Shown here: positions 52,501 to 64,000 of the stretch, in pieces
Layout of the letters: the number at the start of each line of letters is the position of its first letter
How positions within the stretch are numbered: position 1 is the first letter of the stretch
DNA from: Antedon mediterranea
Taxonomy: Eukaryota; Animalia; Echinodermata
DNA: 64,000 nucleotides
Assembly: GCF_964355755.1 (NCBI RefSeq)
Contig: NC_092676.1
Location: 3,821,888 to 3,885,887, forward strand
Reading direction: 5' to 3'
Program-made: the position numbers and the translations under genes
Notes under the pieces: model-generated
Told to the model about the DNA's origin: nothing
Databases searched by the model: none
The model's input: the letters and a program-made list of their open reading frames with translations, nothing else

Positions 52501-53086
52501 AAAGTAAAATGTGTTTTTTAATGTATAGCATTCAAACGTAAAATCATTTAAAGCACTCTTTTGGATCTATTTACGAATCAGAAGGAAGATAGGTTATTCA
52601 ATCAATTAATACATCGAGCCAAATAGTCATTATAAGCCATCAAAGAGTAACCAAATCTGTTTAATGTTATATATAGAAGCGAAATTAGGGAATAAATCAA
52701 ATTTAAATCAGGCAGCATGGTGATAGTCAGAGCGTGGTCAATTTGAAGGTAGTGGGAAATGGCTGGTTAGCCGTCGTGTTCCTATAAGATACTTAACAAG
52801 TGATTATAGTTTCATGATTTGTATTATATTATAATTATAGTTATGTTTGCATACCTTGACTAGTATAGTTGACGCAATTTGGATAGTTCGGAAAGTTAAC
52901 ACAAATTTCACAGGGTAAACACTGCTTTAACGAGTGGATATATACATCACCGGGATCACACTTCATGTCCAAGTTCGCACCCTGGCTTTGCAGGCCCTGG
53001 TCCTTGTCCTGTGCAATTCCATTGCTAAAGGGCCGCACATGAAGCAAAGTAAAGAGCATGGAAAGTAAAACTATTCGCTCCACCAT
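30236..53086 (-). CDS. Nicotinic acetylcholine receptor alpha-type subunit (Cys-loop channel, alpha7/alpha9/10-like), 6 exons, 608 aa
   Basis: Exons 52855-53086, 50877-51019, 44949-45103, 32997-33553, 31320-31614, 30236-30680; GT-AG, phases 1,0,2,1,2 match, 1827 nt. Motifs: EQRLVVDLLGGYNKRLRP, WIPDITLYN (loop A), Cys-loop CLLDITHFPFDYHEC, FGSWTY (loop B), YLCCPDVSY (loop C vicinal Cys), RRKPLYY followed by M1-M3, DWQRVAEVIDR followed by M4. Linkage of exon 1 is inferred from phase and signal peptide only. Confidence 0.92.
31694..32032. mobile_element. TTAA-flanked non-autonomous element (Kolobok-like)
   Basis: ttaa-agatatattgtcc ... ggacaatacattt-ttaa. Homologous to 33589-33904 and, inverted, to about 11450-11650. 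Confidence 0.7.
33589..33904. mobile_element. TTAA-flanked non-autonomous element (Kolobok-like), second copy
   Basis: Shared interior ttggctgccagccaatg..tttttggttgaat and TTAA flanks. Confidence 0.7.
34277..34516 (+). mobile_element. Dispersed repeat with an internal tRNA-like module, embedded in (TA)n
   Basis: Second copy inverted at about 50085-50385 shares the 5' leader, the tRNA-like part and the 3' body. Confidence 0.8.
34336..34407 (+). tRNA. tRNA-like cloverleaf with anticodon ATC (Asp-like); probably repeat-borne rather than a functional tRNA
   Basis: Acceptor GCCCCAG/TTGGGGC, D arm GTCT-AATGGTTA-GGAC, anticodon arm TCTGC-ATATCAA-GCAGG, 4-nt variable loop, T arm CCGAG-TTCGAGT-CTCGG, G discriminator; 72 nt. 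Confidence 0.55.
35542..35746. mobile_element. MITE family B copy
   Basis: TIRs agcgtggttcctactag / ctagtgggaaccaagct with TTA flanks; interior matches the other B copies. Confidence 0.8.
38311..38347 (+). mobile_element. Probable Helitron-type 3' terminal hairpin
   Basis: 13-bp stem ctagatggtacgc/gcgtaccatctag around gagcgaagcga, ending in CTAG followed by T. Confidence 0.5.
41602..42584. mobile_element. MITE-A split by a LINE fragment
   Basis: TAA duplication at 41599-41601 and 42585-42587. The two halves rejoin to the family consensus. Confidence 0.88.
41620..42423 (-). mobile_element. 3' fragment of a second CR1/L2-group LINE, inserted in a MITE
   Basis: C-terminal peptide LKLTDIHNVQVASFMF...GPNLWNHIP aligns by eye with the end of the 62574-63992 ORF. 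Tail AATAAA...(ATCTGA)n. Splits MITE-A between ctaga and acgtaacg with no target duplication. Confidence 0.85.
43448..43638. mobile_element. Foldback MITE (Harbinger-like), 191 bp
   Basis: TIR agggcctttcacacctg(c/t)tccggcacggttccggtccggcga, TTAA on both sides. Confidence 0.85.
44448..44750 (-). mobile_element. DeuSINE-like element (Deu/Nin core domain)
   Basis: Minus strand gtcttctcggataaggactataaaccgtaggtcc ... gagtagggggttaccccggtgtact resembles the Deu domain of AmnSINE1-type SINEs (recalled consensus, not aligned computationally). A-rich taaataaac tail. Confidence 0.7.
50085..50385 (-). mobile_element. Second copy of the tRNA-containing dispersed repeat
   Basis: Reverse complement of 34277-34516 with a damaged T arm and acceptor stem and a longer 5' leader. 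Confidence 0.8.
51048..52345. repeat. AT-rich triplet-derived minisatellite (24-27 bp units, gatatcaacaatgatgataacaatact)
   Basis: Direct reading. A shorter array of the same unit lies at 49748-49916. Confidence 0.95.
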
Positions 53087-56000
53087 AGCAGAACAATAAC
53101 CGTGAATACGAGCATTCGAGACTACGTCCGCGCGCGCGTATTTAACAGACGATCAGAACTGGAAGACCTTCAACAGTTTGTTCAGGACTATTATTTCTTC
53201 TCTAAATAATACGGTCGTTGTTGTTATTATTATTCAGACTGGTTTACCAGGTGAACAATACCAACATTATTGATTATATTCCAAGATAATTCACAATAAA
53301 TATGTATTTTTCCAATTTCTTGAACAACTCACGACTCATGTCGTCTGCATTCCAGCTTGTTGTCACAAACACAAGATAGCAAAGCTTGGTAAATAATTAT
53401 TCCTGAGTGTGTCAGAAGAAGAAAAATCTACTATCTATCAGTTTTTCCTTCGTGCTGTATGTCGTACTACTGGTCAGAAAAATATACAAAATGCTGTTGA
53501 AAAATTCGTAATTAAATTGTATTCACTTTCACGCTATAGTGTGTTTCTTCTTGTGAGGATGCGCTTCACCAACCAATCAAATCGCTTGTTCTATATAACA
53601 TATTCGACGAATTAATTTTACATAATGAAAAGGCCGTTCATCCATGATGACGTCATAGCAATACAAAATGGAACATATTCAACCTTTTGGCTTTATTTTA
53701 ATAGATATATGTTTTCAATGAACTATACAATAAACCGTTACTGTTGCAAGTTGATGTCTGCGATAAGTGACTCAATTATAAAATGAATGGAATTAAAAGT
53801 GAACGTTATCATTGTTAGCTACTACATTCAAACAAGTCACAATTCAATTATATAATATGATGCGGTTAATTTCCAACTATATTAATACCATCAGTAACTG
53901 AACGCATCGAACGCAATATATCAAACGCGTTGCATTTACTGACGCAATGCTAAATTGATTTTGTGACGTCATAACACTCAACGCAAAGATAACTTTTCTT
54001 GTAGGCTATAAATCCTGAACACAGTTATGTTGTCTCTCCTGAAAGAAAAATGAAAATACAAAGTTAAAACAAAAGTGTTTTTCCACATTAAAGAATTTCC
54101 ACTACTAGGCGAATTTGTTCGCGCGAATCGAAAGCGCCAGCTTATACGCATGCGTATTCGACAGGCCTGCATGTTTTGAGCAGATGATTCAACAGATTAC
54201 ATTTGAGAGTATATAGCAAACCGGTTGACGTGGATAATTGCGAGATGTGTTCGAGTCTCGAATAAACACATTTTCTATCCAAATGACCATGCGTGTATTC
54301 TACACTATCAAAGTTTATGTGACAAAAAAAGTGATGTTCCCAAGCATGGAAATGATGATGTCATATCACTACCATATTTGGGCATACCACTACCATATTG
54401 GGGCAACTAGTTGGATATTTTTCAGAAGTATTCTTCTACGCACTTTCTAAATATTTCTTACTGCAAACTTTAAACCATTAACCATTGTTTCGTTTCTGTT
54501 ACATTACCAATTATATGAAGTAGAGGTCATTGTTTTTTTTAAATAATTTTTTTTAAACCAACGCTACATTTTCTTTAAAGGAATATATTTTTCTTATTTA
54601 AATACATTTCTCGAAGTAAAACAGTTGATCAAAACCTAACCTTAACTAAATAGATTTTCTAAAACATCATATATATATGGGCTAGTTAGTTATTAATTAA
54701 TGCCAAAATAATAGCATTATTTAAATTCACCTATTGATAGAATAGAAACTATTTACATAATGGTATGGATCTAGATACACAAGAATAATAGAAAATCGCA
54801 TTTGAAAGAATTACTGGTAATGAATCTATTCATTGTATATAATGTTTAATCATAGCTAAATTAATATTAGACACTACATTTATTTACTGTCTATAATTCG
54901 TCTAAACAAATATTTAATTCAGAATAACATTATACAATGATGATGAATTTTGAAATAGTACTATCATTATACACACGTGCGCGCCAAAGATTAGGATATT
55001 TGACGCGCGTGTACCTAAACTCTAAAATCGACGCGCGCGTGGCAAAGATGCTGGTGTGTAACATTGCGTCTGAACAATGACTCACATGTTTTTATGCGGG
55101 CGATCTAACGATTATAACAATTGTACGCGGTAACGCTTGTCTCTGGTTGTGATTACTAACCAGTAATCAAAAATCAACTAATCGTTGTTTTTTAGCCAGG
55201 ACGAACACAATTTTTTGGTCCTTACATTTCTTATACCCCAACTCTAATCCAAAATCCCATACACACCGTGTTGCACTGTGCAGAGAAAATTACACAAATG
55301 CAATGGAATATTGAATTCGATTAAGTTCATTAAAAATACCTCAACCGTATTATAGTTTTATTCTGTATTTAAATTAATGCAATTTAATAATTCAATTTTA
55401 GTGCCCACGGTGTATTTAATTATTATACTCAAATACTGAATTTATAAGAACGTATTTCATTAATAATTAAAATTTATTATGCAATATAAAAACAGTATAA
55501 TTAATCATTTATATAATACAATATTATAATTATATTATTATATTATATTATTATATGAATAATTGTTACTAGGTTATATTGTTATTGTTGACTATTTTTA
55601 TTATCAATTATGTATGTCATTACTTAAAATGTCATAGTTTATTCTGTTTTAATTAACTACATCAATTTAATCCAAACCTATCGTTTTTTTTTTGTTTTTT
55701 TTTATATCATATACTATAGTTTAAAAGACATACTGCGAGGGAGGTATCTGCAATAATCTGTAAACATCGGGCTAGGCTCTAAAGGTTAGAAAAACCAATC
55801 TTATCTTTTTTTAAATAATTTCTTACAAGTCTTTATATTTTTTTTAAATAAGTGTTTTTATAAGATATTTCTAAGATCTACGTTGAAATGTATATTGTCT
55901 TTTCACCAAAATGTCCATTGTACTCTCAGAGAGCAGCGACACCTTAAGCTTGGTTAACACTACGCAACGGAAGTAATTTCAACAACACAAGCAACAGTTC

Positions 56001-59000
56001 AAATGATGTGTTGCTTGTGATTGGTCGAATTGCGGTGGCGCGTTCATCCTTGCGTTACGTCCAAATCAAACATTCTATTGGTCCAACAGAGAAATTAATA
56101 TTACTCTTCAACAACAAATCGTCGATAATACAATGAAATATAAACACATACAACAATTAGTGGTAACCATACATTTTTCAAATCTAGATCCGTCAGTTCA
56201 TTTGACTTGGCCCATAGAGAAGTAAGTTATTTCATCATGATGCAAGGCTGTAAGCGGCCGACCAGCACGCTTACCCGTGTGCAGTAGGCCTACCCGCCCG
56301 AGGTTCAGCATAAGTAGGGCTGATGCATCTATCATAGGAATTTGCACGTACATGCAAGGAAATTGATCGCTTTCAAAACTGTTGAAAATGTTGATGAATT
56401 TTTGCATTATTAACAAAGTTGACTATGAACGCGAGTTCGAGTTAACTTATGAGATTAATTCAATTGTCGCCAACTCAATAAAAATCAAATTAATAAAAAA
56501 ACAGCTCATAAAGCCATTCGAATTCGCCATTAAGTAACTTCATTTGTATTGTGACTTCATTATTTACTTTCATTCCGACGAGTTAATCACGTTGGAAAAT
56601 TAATTTCTCACCTACGCCTCTTATTACTCAATCATTCTCATTACAATAAGTTTCAAACGAGTAACTGTGTTTACAAACTTGGGTTCGTGTCTATTGATAC
56701 GGTTGTGGCCTTACTTCTTTTTCAGAAATTAATATCTCAGCACCTCAAATCGGTTAAAGATATAAAATCTAGGCCTATATTAAAATATATAAACATTATT
56801 TTGCAGGAACATTGATATTAACCCACTTTAGATTAGACCGATGTGAAATAAATAATATAAAAAAGTAGTGTACGTTGTTACAAGTAAATTTTATGTGTAA
56901 AATGTGTTGATCTTTCGATTTATTAGGCCTACGTGTTTGTCAGAAGACAAGCCTTCAATTTACATTTGAGTAAATTTTCACAAAATTCCTTTGCAAAGAA
57001 ATTCCTGTAGCATTACCTAAAAAGTATATTTTACAACGCTCGTCCTACGAAAAGTGGGTTAAAGTGGGTTTATTATCAGTGTGGTTGCAGAGGTTTATAT
57101 TCCATCCCGAAGCTGCCCTTTAAGCTTCTAAATCTGATTATATTTTGTATACGACCGTGTTTTGATTAGCCTATTCCTTGGTACTGTGTCTAAATGTGTC
57201 CAGTGTTATAGGCTAATTCCGTGATACATCGTCATATGTATTTCATACGTGACGCCTGTATCATCTCTTACCTAACATAGAACTATCAATGATACAGGGA
57301 ACCGCGCTTGTGATGCACTAGACTTGTTTTTTTTATGTTATGAAACGCCATCTGTGTCAAAATATTTATCTTTTTACTAATTTTGGCCTAGTTCATGTGA
57401 TGCACATGTGATGTTGTATTACGGAATTTGCTTACGATGAAATATTGAATTGAAAATTAATTTTTCCATATTTTTCTCTGCGTATCTGAAATCAGAAACT
57501 TTAGTTCTTTCACGACAAGTTTCTTCTACTTGGTGATGAATACAATTTTTTAGTGTCATAAAGCAATTCCGTTTTGGCTGTATTCTAATTAAAATACAAT
57601 CTCTAGAGAATATGTGTGGTTTAACAATTCCACGCAGTGAGAAAAAAAAATGGTTCGTTTTATAAGAGACAGTTGCATTCTTAACGCAATTGTTGTGACA
57701 AAAAAGAAAATACCGTGAAAAATAAAGACAAAATTTGAGCACAAAACACTCTTCACAATCAATGTTATCACTGCCAAACAAGCTAGTATACAATTACATA
57801 AAAAGTGTTAAACAAGATTGGAAATTTGGACAATTCTCAAGTATGGAACGTCACTTGTGCATATCAATCGTTAAGCCATATTAAAATAATAATTAATTTA
57901 CTAAACAGGACGGTATGAGGTGGACGATTGCGTATAGGCGTCTAACTTTGGTTTCCACTATTTTAGAATGTAACGCAAGGACGTAAGCGCAATGCAAGCG
58001 AGTTGACCAATGAAAAACGAGTGTTTGGATAATGCATCACTTGTGATTGGTCAAATTGCTTACGTTGCGTTTACGTCTTTGCATTGGAGTGGGAATCAAG
58101 AGTTACTTATACGTGTCGTGTGTCGACGTAGATTTGTCGTAAACTCACCTATGGCCAACAGTAGTTGCGAACAACTCCCATTTCGAGAACTCTGTTTTTT
58201 TGTACTACCACCTCCTTTTACTAAATTGTTATTTTATCTATTAAAAACAAATTCTAAACCATACTTGTATTACTACTTTCCTAAATAATACTTTCGACAG
58301 AGGGTGTAAGAAAGAAAGAAGAAACAGCAAATTGTCAGACGTATATAGAGAATAATTAAATCCAATAAAATCGGATCAAATTTGATCAGTTTAGTAAATG
58401 CAACGAACGACACATTTGATTCTATAGCAGAGCGAGCTTTGTTGTAATTGGCTTCGTCTAACGAGTACAATTTACTTCGATAAGGTAATGACCATCAATT
58501 CAGTCAACGACTTGATATAAATTATGAGCTTTGGATAAGGATAATTCACTGTTAAATAACTTAAGAGCCAACAATCTACTCTACCAAACATCTAGTAGCT
58601 CGCCGAATCTCCATTGTCATCATTTGTTATGTGCTGTATCATGCAAATCTATAATACATGTAACATTGTTTTTACCCCAAGCTTAAAGATACATTGTCCC
58701 CGGCCCTCTTAAAAAAAAATTCATTTTTGTTGTTAAATACTGTAGGTCTATGCCATTTAGTGTCACTTGATAGTTATTTATACCGACCAAAAACTTGATG
58801 TAATCATTTAACTGGAAAAATGTATAGGCCTAAAGTAAACATTTTTGTCGGTTTAATGCAGAGAGAAAATGTCCATGGGAAACCAGCCTGCTTGTGATGC
58901 TGTATCGTGGGCCTTCTTAAGGTTTGGTTCCCACTTGGACGCAACGCAACGAGTTGGCAAAACGCCAGCAACAGTTCGTTTGATCATCCATCGCGTAGTG

Positions 59001-62000
59001 AATGGTCAAATTATTTGCGGCGCGCTTACGTCGTAGCGGTGCGTCCAATGAGAACCAAGCATTAAGGATAACGAACAAATTAAGATAAAATGCAAAGAAT
59101 CATCTTTAAGCGTTTCATACCATAACTTTGTTTTATTTATTATTATTAATCAGATATCTTCGTTGCACACAGCAAAGTAAAATTTGACTTGGTTGTTTAG
59201 GCAGTCTTCATTTGAATTCTGTGTTTCCCACAATTCATAGTTTATCTGGTTTTACGACAACGTAGTTACAATATAAAGACGTTAATTTGCACAATTATAA
59301 GAAAGGTTACTTTTTAATTATTTAGTGCAGTTATGAAAAGGATATGTAAATTACAAGTGCCTAAAAACCGTGTCTTGACGTTAACAACCAAAAACACTGG
59401 CAGCAGGCTGCAGGCAATGCCACGACATATCACGGTCGTAGATCCTGGAGTGATGTCCTCAACATCCTGCCTGATGCAACTTGGCGCGAAAAAAAAAGGC
59501 CTAGACCTACTTGTTAGTGACACGTGTACAGGCAGTTGCACAGCTCTTCAGTGTCAGAATGTTTGCGTACACGATCCACAAACTAATGCATCTCCTGTCT
59601 CTGATTGATCACTTTATTTATCATTCTCTTAGATGTAAATTTTATATCTATTAGAAAACTTACTTGCTAATTCGTCAATAAAATAAACGCTTCCCTCGTT
59701 TACTCTGACTTTTCTGCCAAGAAAACGTGCAAGTTATACGCATGCAAAATACGAATTCCAAAAATTATCGTTAGCTATAAAATGATTCTGTAGTCTACGA
59801 AGCTACTGTTCACCAATGCCATGCACTGAACAATATTACTTTATACTTTGACACCCATAGCGTCAAAAAGACGTTTTGATTAATTGTTCGATTAAAGTAT
59901 TCATATTGCGAAGTTACATCACATGATAGGTAATTTAGTTGTAAATATCTTGAATTTTTACTTGTAAGCCGACGTGTCTGTAGAAAGAGCTTTAAGATTT
60001 TTAACCAAATCCGTTGTTGGTTCCCACTATAAGCGTGGTTCCAACTAGAACGCAATGCAGCGACGTATCGACGCCAAGTGCTGTATTGCGTAATCACAAG
60101 TGAGAGTTTGATTATAAGGGCCTTTTCGTACGACGCGCAGATTGCGTTATGTTGCGTCGCTAGTGGGAACCAAACTTTAGACGCAACGCAAGACGTGCGT
60201 GCTAAAGCGTGGTTCCCACTAGCGACGCAAAGTAACGCAACCTAACCCTCCAAACGCATTATTTAAACTTTATTCCCCTGTTTAGAATGTTAATGATTGA
60301 TATTGGTTTTGTCAGCGGCGTCAATATTACTGAGACGATTATTAGAATGTATATTGAGTAAGTATTGATAGTAACACAATAAAATACAATTTCACGAGTA
60401 GACAATTGTTTAATATTTTCATATTATATTATTCAATTGTATTTCTCAGAACTTTTGTTTTTATGCAATTGTGATGTTGATCAAATAGATAGGTTAATGA
60501 AAATATAAACGGACGTGATGAGAACAGCCGAGCTGGCGAAAGAATTATTGGGTGTGAAGTGCGTATGAGAGAAGTTTATGACGATAGGAGGCAGGCTTTT
60601 GGTTTTCCGAAATAATTTCCTTTGCAAGGCGTATAGTATTTTCTGTATATCGTTATTATCCTATTGTATTGTCAAATAAATTACTGTACATTAGGCCTAA
60701 CTATTGTAGGCCTACGTACTTATATCGGCATAATTAGTGAAGCTGTCTATTCCATTCATTCATGTAGGCCTAATAATATCTATTTTCTCTCTACAATATG
60801 TAAATATTTACAAACAATTTTAATACGAGAATGTAAATAAATTCAACGTGAACACAACAATAATATCTTTCTTTATAATCGTATTAATACATCACAAAAA
60901 TTGATCGTGTCAAAAAAATTCTTTTCGACAATTATGTAATGCAAATATTATCCCCGAATGTAATCAACATGCTGTTATAGTAATACATAAATTGATGCAT
61001 TCTGGTTGTAATGCTAATTTAATTTATTTAAAAATCTATATGAATGCATTGAAACATTACTCTAAAATACGACACAGAATTGCATTGAGACATTTACAAC
61101 TGTAATTGTAAAGGAAGTGTGTATTTCCAATATTATAATTATAATATTTCGTTTGGTATTATAAATACTATAAAATATAAAATAAATGTCTGTTACCGCA
61201 CGAAGATCGAGAAGAGGATCGATAAACGCGAGTTCATTCGACCTTGAAGTCGTATTCAGGTTTTTACAACGACTGAAACACATGATCTGTTTTATGATAA
61301 ACCCCTGGGCAAACAAATACGAACAAACGGATAAAAAGTACACATAAATAAATAAATAATAACAATGTAGTCAGTCAATTATACAAATACAAATAAAGAC
61401 AATATGACGCTATCTAACACAATGCGTCTATCAAATAAATTACGTTGCAATTGTATGTGAATATAGATGAATTAATTCTTCCGTAATTAGTCTCTATCGA
61501 ATTAGATACGGTTTACCAGGGTCGTTAAAAAATATTGTTTTCAGGCCTATATTATTTTAACAGAACTGTATATGGCATAACACGCATGATACACGCGTGT
61601 ATCGAAGGAAAGGCTTAACATTCTCGAGTATAAACCTATATTACCAAGCATGTTGTTTTTAGACCTAATATAGCTTATGATTTTAACAGAACTTTATATA
61701 ATAATAATATTAATAATAATATTTATTCGGTCATCAATGTCTGGTCACAAGTCACACGCGAGAAATTAATAACGGTATCGGTACTGCAAAAAGCCTATTG
61801 CCGTTAATGTGATGTTTGATAAATACCATTAGAACATTATTATATACTGTATATAATGTTGGTAAATTCTGTATTAATTATAATAATTATTTGATATCTG
61901 TCTGATATCTATAAACAATTTCCCGTAAAATTGCATTGGCATCCTTCAGCCCTCCAGCATTGCTCTAATTATTTCGTGATGGGACAACATCAATCAGATT

Positions 62001-62159
62001 ATATGCAACCCATCATGACGTAATCTAATTTTATACTAAGTTCAATACGGTACATGACAGCAACTGTGCTTTTCATAAAACGCGTCGAACGTTTTCAAAA
62101 ACGAAATACATGGACACGACACACGGGCAATGCAATGCGTATATATATAATACTTGTAC

Positions 62160-62367
62160 ATTCGTTCGTTCGTTCGTTTTTATTTCACAATGCATCAAAC
62201 TTAATATTTTTACATAATAAGTATTAAATAAAAAAATGCAAAGCCTGGAAAAGACCAAATAAGCTCAATATAGAGCTTTAAGCCTGGTTTCACCAGTACA
62301 AAATACACTAATAATTGTATCAATTACAATAGACAATAATTAAATATTAATTAAAGTAGTAGAAATA

Positions 62368-62443
<76 letters not shown>

Positions 62444-63945
62444 TTATACACAATTACGCTACAGGACAATACAAACACAACAAGAGGACAAACGTAAAGG
62501 GTATAGTATATGTACTATCATATATACTTGCAGGAGGTGAGACAAAAAAAAAAAGTTTGATGAAAAAGTTTTATTAATACGATCTGTATTGTGATAAAAG
62601 GAATTGTTTATATTTGGATTTGAATGTATTTAAGTTATTAGTATTTAGTAAGGATTGACTTAAATTATTCCATACTAGAGGACCATGGTATTTGATAGAA
62701 TTCCGAATTGTGTTATGGGTTAAATTTATTGTGGCGTAATTGTTGGCGTTTCTTGTATTGTAGTTGTGAAATTCATTATTTTTGATGAAGAAATGTTTGA
62801 AAATATTTGGAAGTTGATTGTTTGAATATCTGTGCATGAATGTGGCGATTTGTAATTTGTTAATATCGAAGATGTTTAGGGTATTAAGTTTAAAGAAAAG
62901 GGACTTTGTGTGGGCTATATAGTGAGAATTGGTACAAATGCGAATAGCCCGTTTTTGGAGTTTAAAGAGTTTGTCTAATTTAGAAATATGTGTGGAAGCC
63001 CATGGACAGAGAGTTTTATTTTTAGTATCTGTAATTCCCCAAGCAATGTTACAATAGGATAGATAAGGTAAAATGAATGTGTTATATAAAGAAAAGAGGA
63101 TATTAGAGGGTAGAATATATTTAAGTTTTTTTAAGACACCGATGTTTTTTGAAATTTTATTAGCTATATTTGTTATATGGGTTTTCCAGTTTAAGTTATC
63201 ATCTATAGTTACACCAAGGAACTGAGAATAAGTAACCCTTTTGATAGGAGTGTTTTCTATATGGATTGTGTTTTGATTGTCATTGCATGTTCTATTTGGA
63301 GAAAAGTGTATATATTCAGTTTTGTTTATATTTAGTGAGAGTCTATTAAGTTTAAGCCAGTGAGATATATGTTTTATTTCCTTATTAAAAATTCTAGTTA
63401 AGGTGTTGTAGTCAGGATGGGAGGAAAAAATGTTCGTGTCGTCGGCAAACAGGACGTGTTCAAAAGAGTTGGAAGCGTTGATGATGTCGTTGACATAGAT
63501 GAGAAAAAGTAGAGGACCAAGAATTGATCCTTGGGGCACACCGCATGTTATGGGAAGAACTTCTGAGGAGTAGGAGCCGAAAGAGGTGATTTGTTGTCTG
63601 TTTTGAAGATAGTTAGAAAGTAGAGATAGAGGAGTTCCACGGATTCCATAGTGACTAAGTTTAGTTAAAAGAATTGTGTGGTTAATAGTGTCAAATGCTT
63701 TAGACAAGTCCAAAAATAAGCCAATAGTATGGTGGTTTTTAGATAAGGCGTTAGAGATTTTACTTTGAATGTCCAGGATTGCAAGATCAGTAGAATGTTT
63801 TGGTCTGAAGCCATATTGGTTATCATGAAAAGATTTATGTGAAGAAAGAAAGTTGTAAAGTCTATTGTATATAAGGCGTTCGAGTATTTTAGAAAAGCAA
63901 GGCAAAATTGAGATTGGACGGTAGTTTTCAAAGACAGAGTTTGAC
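62160..63945 (-). mobile_element. 5'-truncated CR1/L2-group non-LTR retrotransposon (LINE)
   Basis: RT ORF plus a 3' UTR ending in AATAAA and a (ACGA)n tail at about 62160-62185. Similarity starts just before NYRPIS, so the endonuclease region is absent. Confidence 0.9.
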
Positions 63946-63992
63946 TTAATATTAGTAAAAAGATAAATATGTTTGCATATATGGCGTTTCAT
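62574..63992 (-). CDS. LINE reverse transcriptase, partial ORF2 (first ~16 codons are probably flanking DNA)
   Basis: NYRPISILP, QYGFR, LDLSKAFD, GVPQGSILGPLLFLIYVND, LFADDT, LSLNINKT, FLGVTIDDNLNW; no internal stops. Confidence 0.9.
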   Translation of the reverse strand: MKRHICKHIYLFTNIKSNSVFENYRPISILPCFSKILERLIYNRLYNFLSSHKSFHDNQYGFRPKHSTDLAILDIQSKISNALSKNHHTIGLFLDLSKAFDTINHTILLTKLSHYGIRGTPLSLLSNYLQNRQQITSFGSYSSEVLPITCGVPQGSILGPLLFLIYVNDIINASNSFEHVLFADDTNIFSSHPDYNTLTRIFNKEIKHISHWLKLNRLSLNINKTEYIHFSPNRTCNDNQNTIHIENTPIKRVTYSQFLGVTIDDNLNWKTHITNIANKISKNIGVLKKLKYILPSNILFSLYNTFILPYLSYCNIAWGITDTKNKTLCPWASTHISKLDKLFKLQKRAIRICTNSHYIAHTKSLFFKLNTLNIFDINKLQIATFMHRYSNNQLPNIFKHFFIKNNEFHNYNTRNANNYATINLTHNTIRNSIKYHGPLVWNNLSQSLLNTNNLNTFKSKYKQFLLSQYRSY

Positions 63993-64000
63993 ACGTATAC

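Noticed and set aside
59314-59608. Overlapping 75-aa and 91-aa ORFs
   Set aside because: No recognisable homology or convincing splice sites; cannot be supported as exons.

Overview
AT-rich, intron-rich animal genomic DNA, not prokaryotic. A Deu-domain SINE and the gene set suggest an invertebrate deuterostome such as an echinoderm (inference). I reconstructed four genes by hand from GT-AG sites and reading phase: (1) the last coding exon of a Hey/HES-like bHLH-Orange factor (+, 3353-3912); (2) a 7-exon CRYL1 (-, 4997-9469, 325 aa); (3) a 5-exon RPL24 head-to-head with CRYL1 (+, 9761-16929, 156 aa); (4) a 6-exon nicotinic acetylcholine receptor alpha-type subunit (-, 30236-53086, 608 aa). The receptor is the most unusual feature: its predicted first exon adds a Cys-rich module spaced like the BCMA/TACI TNF-receptor domain, its M1-M2 selectivity loop lacks the -1' Glu and is one residue longer, and the loop D Trp is replaced by His. 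The rest is dense with non-autonomous DNA transposons (often nested), SINEs, a TA-embedded element with a tRNA-like cloverleaf, minisatellites and a 5'-truncated CR1/L2-group LINE with an open RT frame. Most short ORFs in the track are artefacts of repeats.
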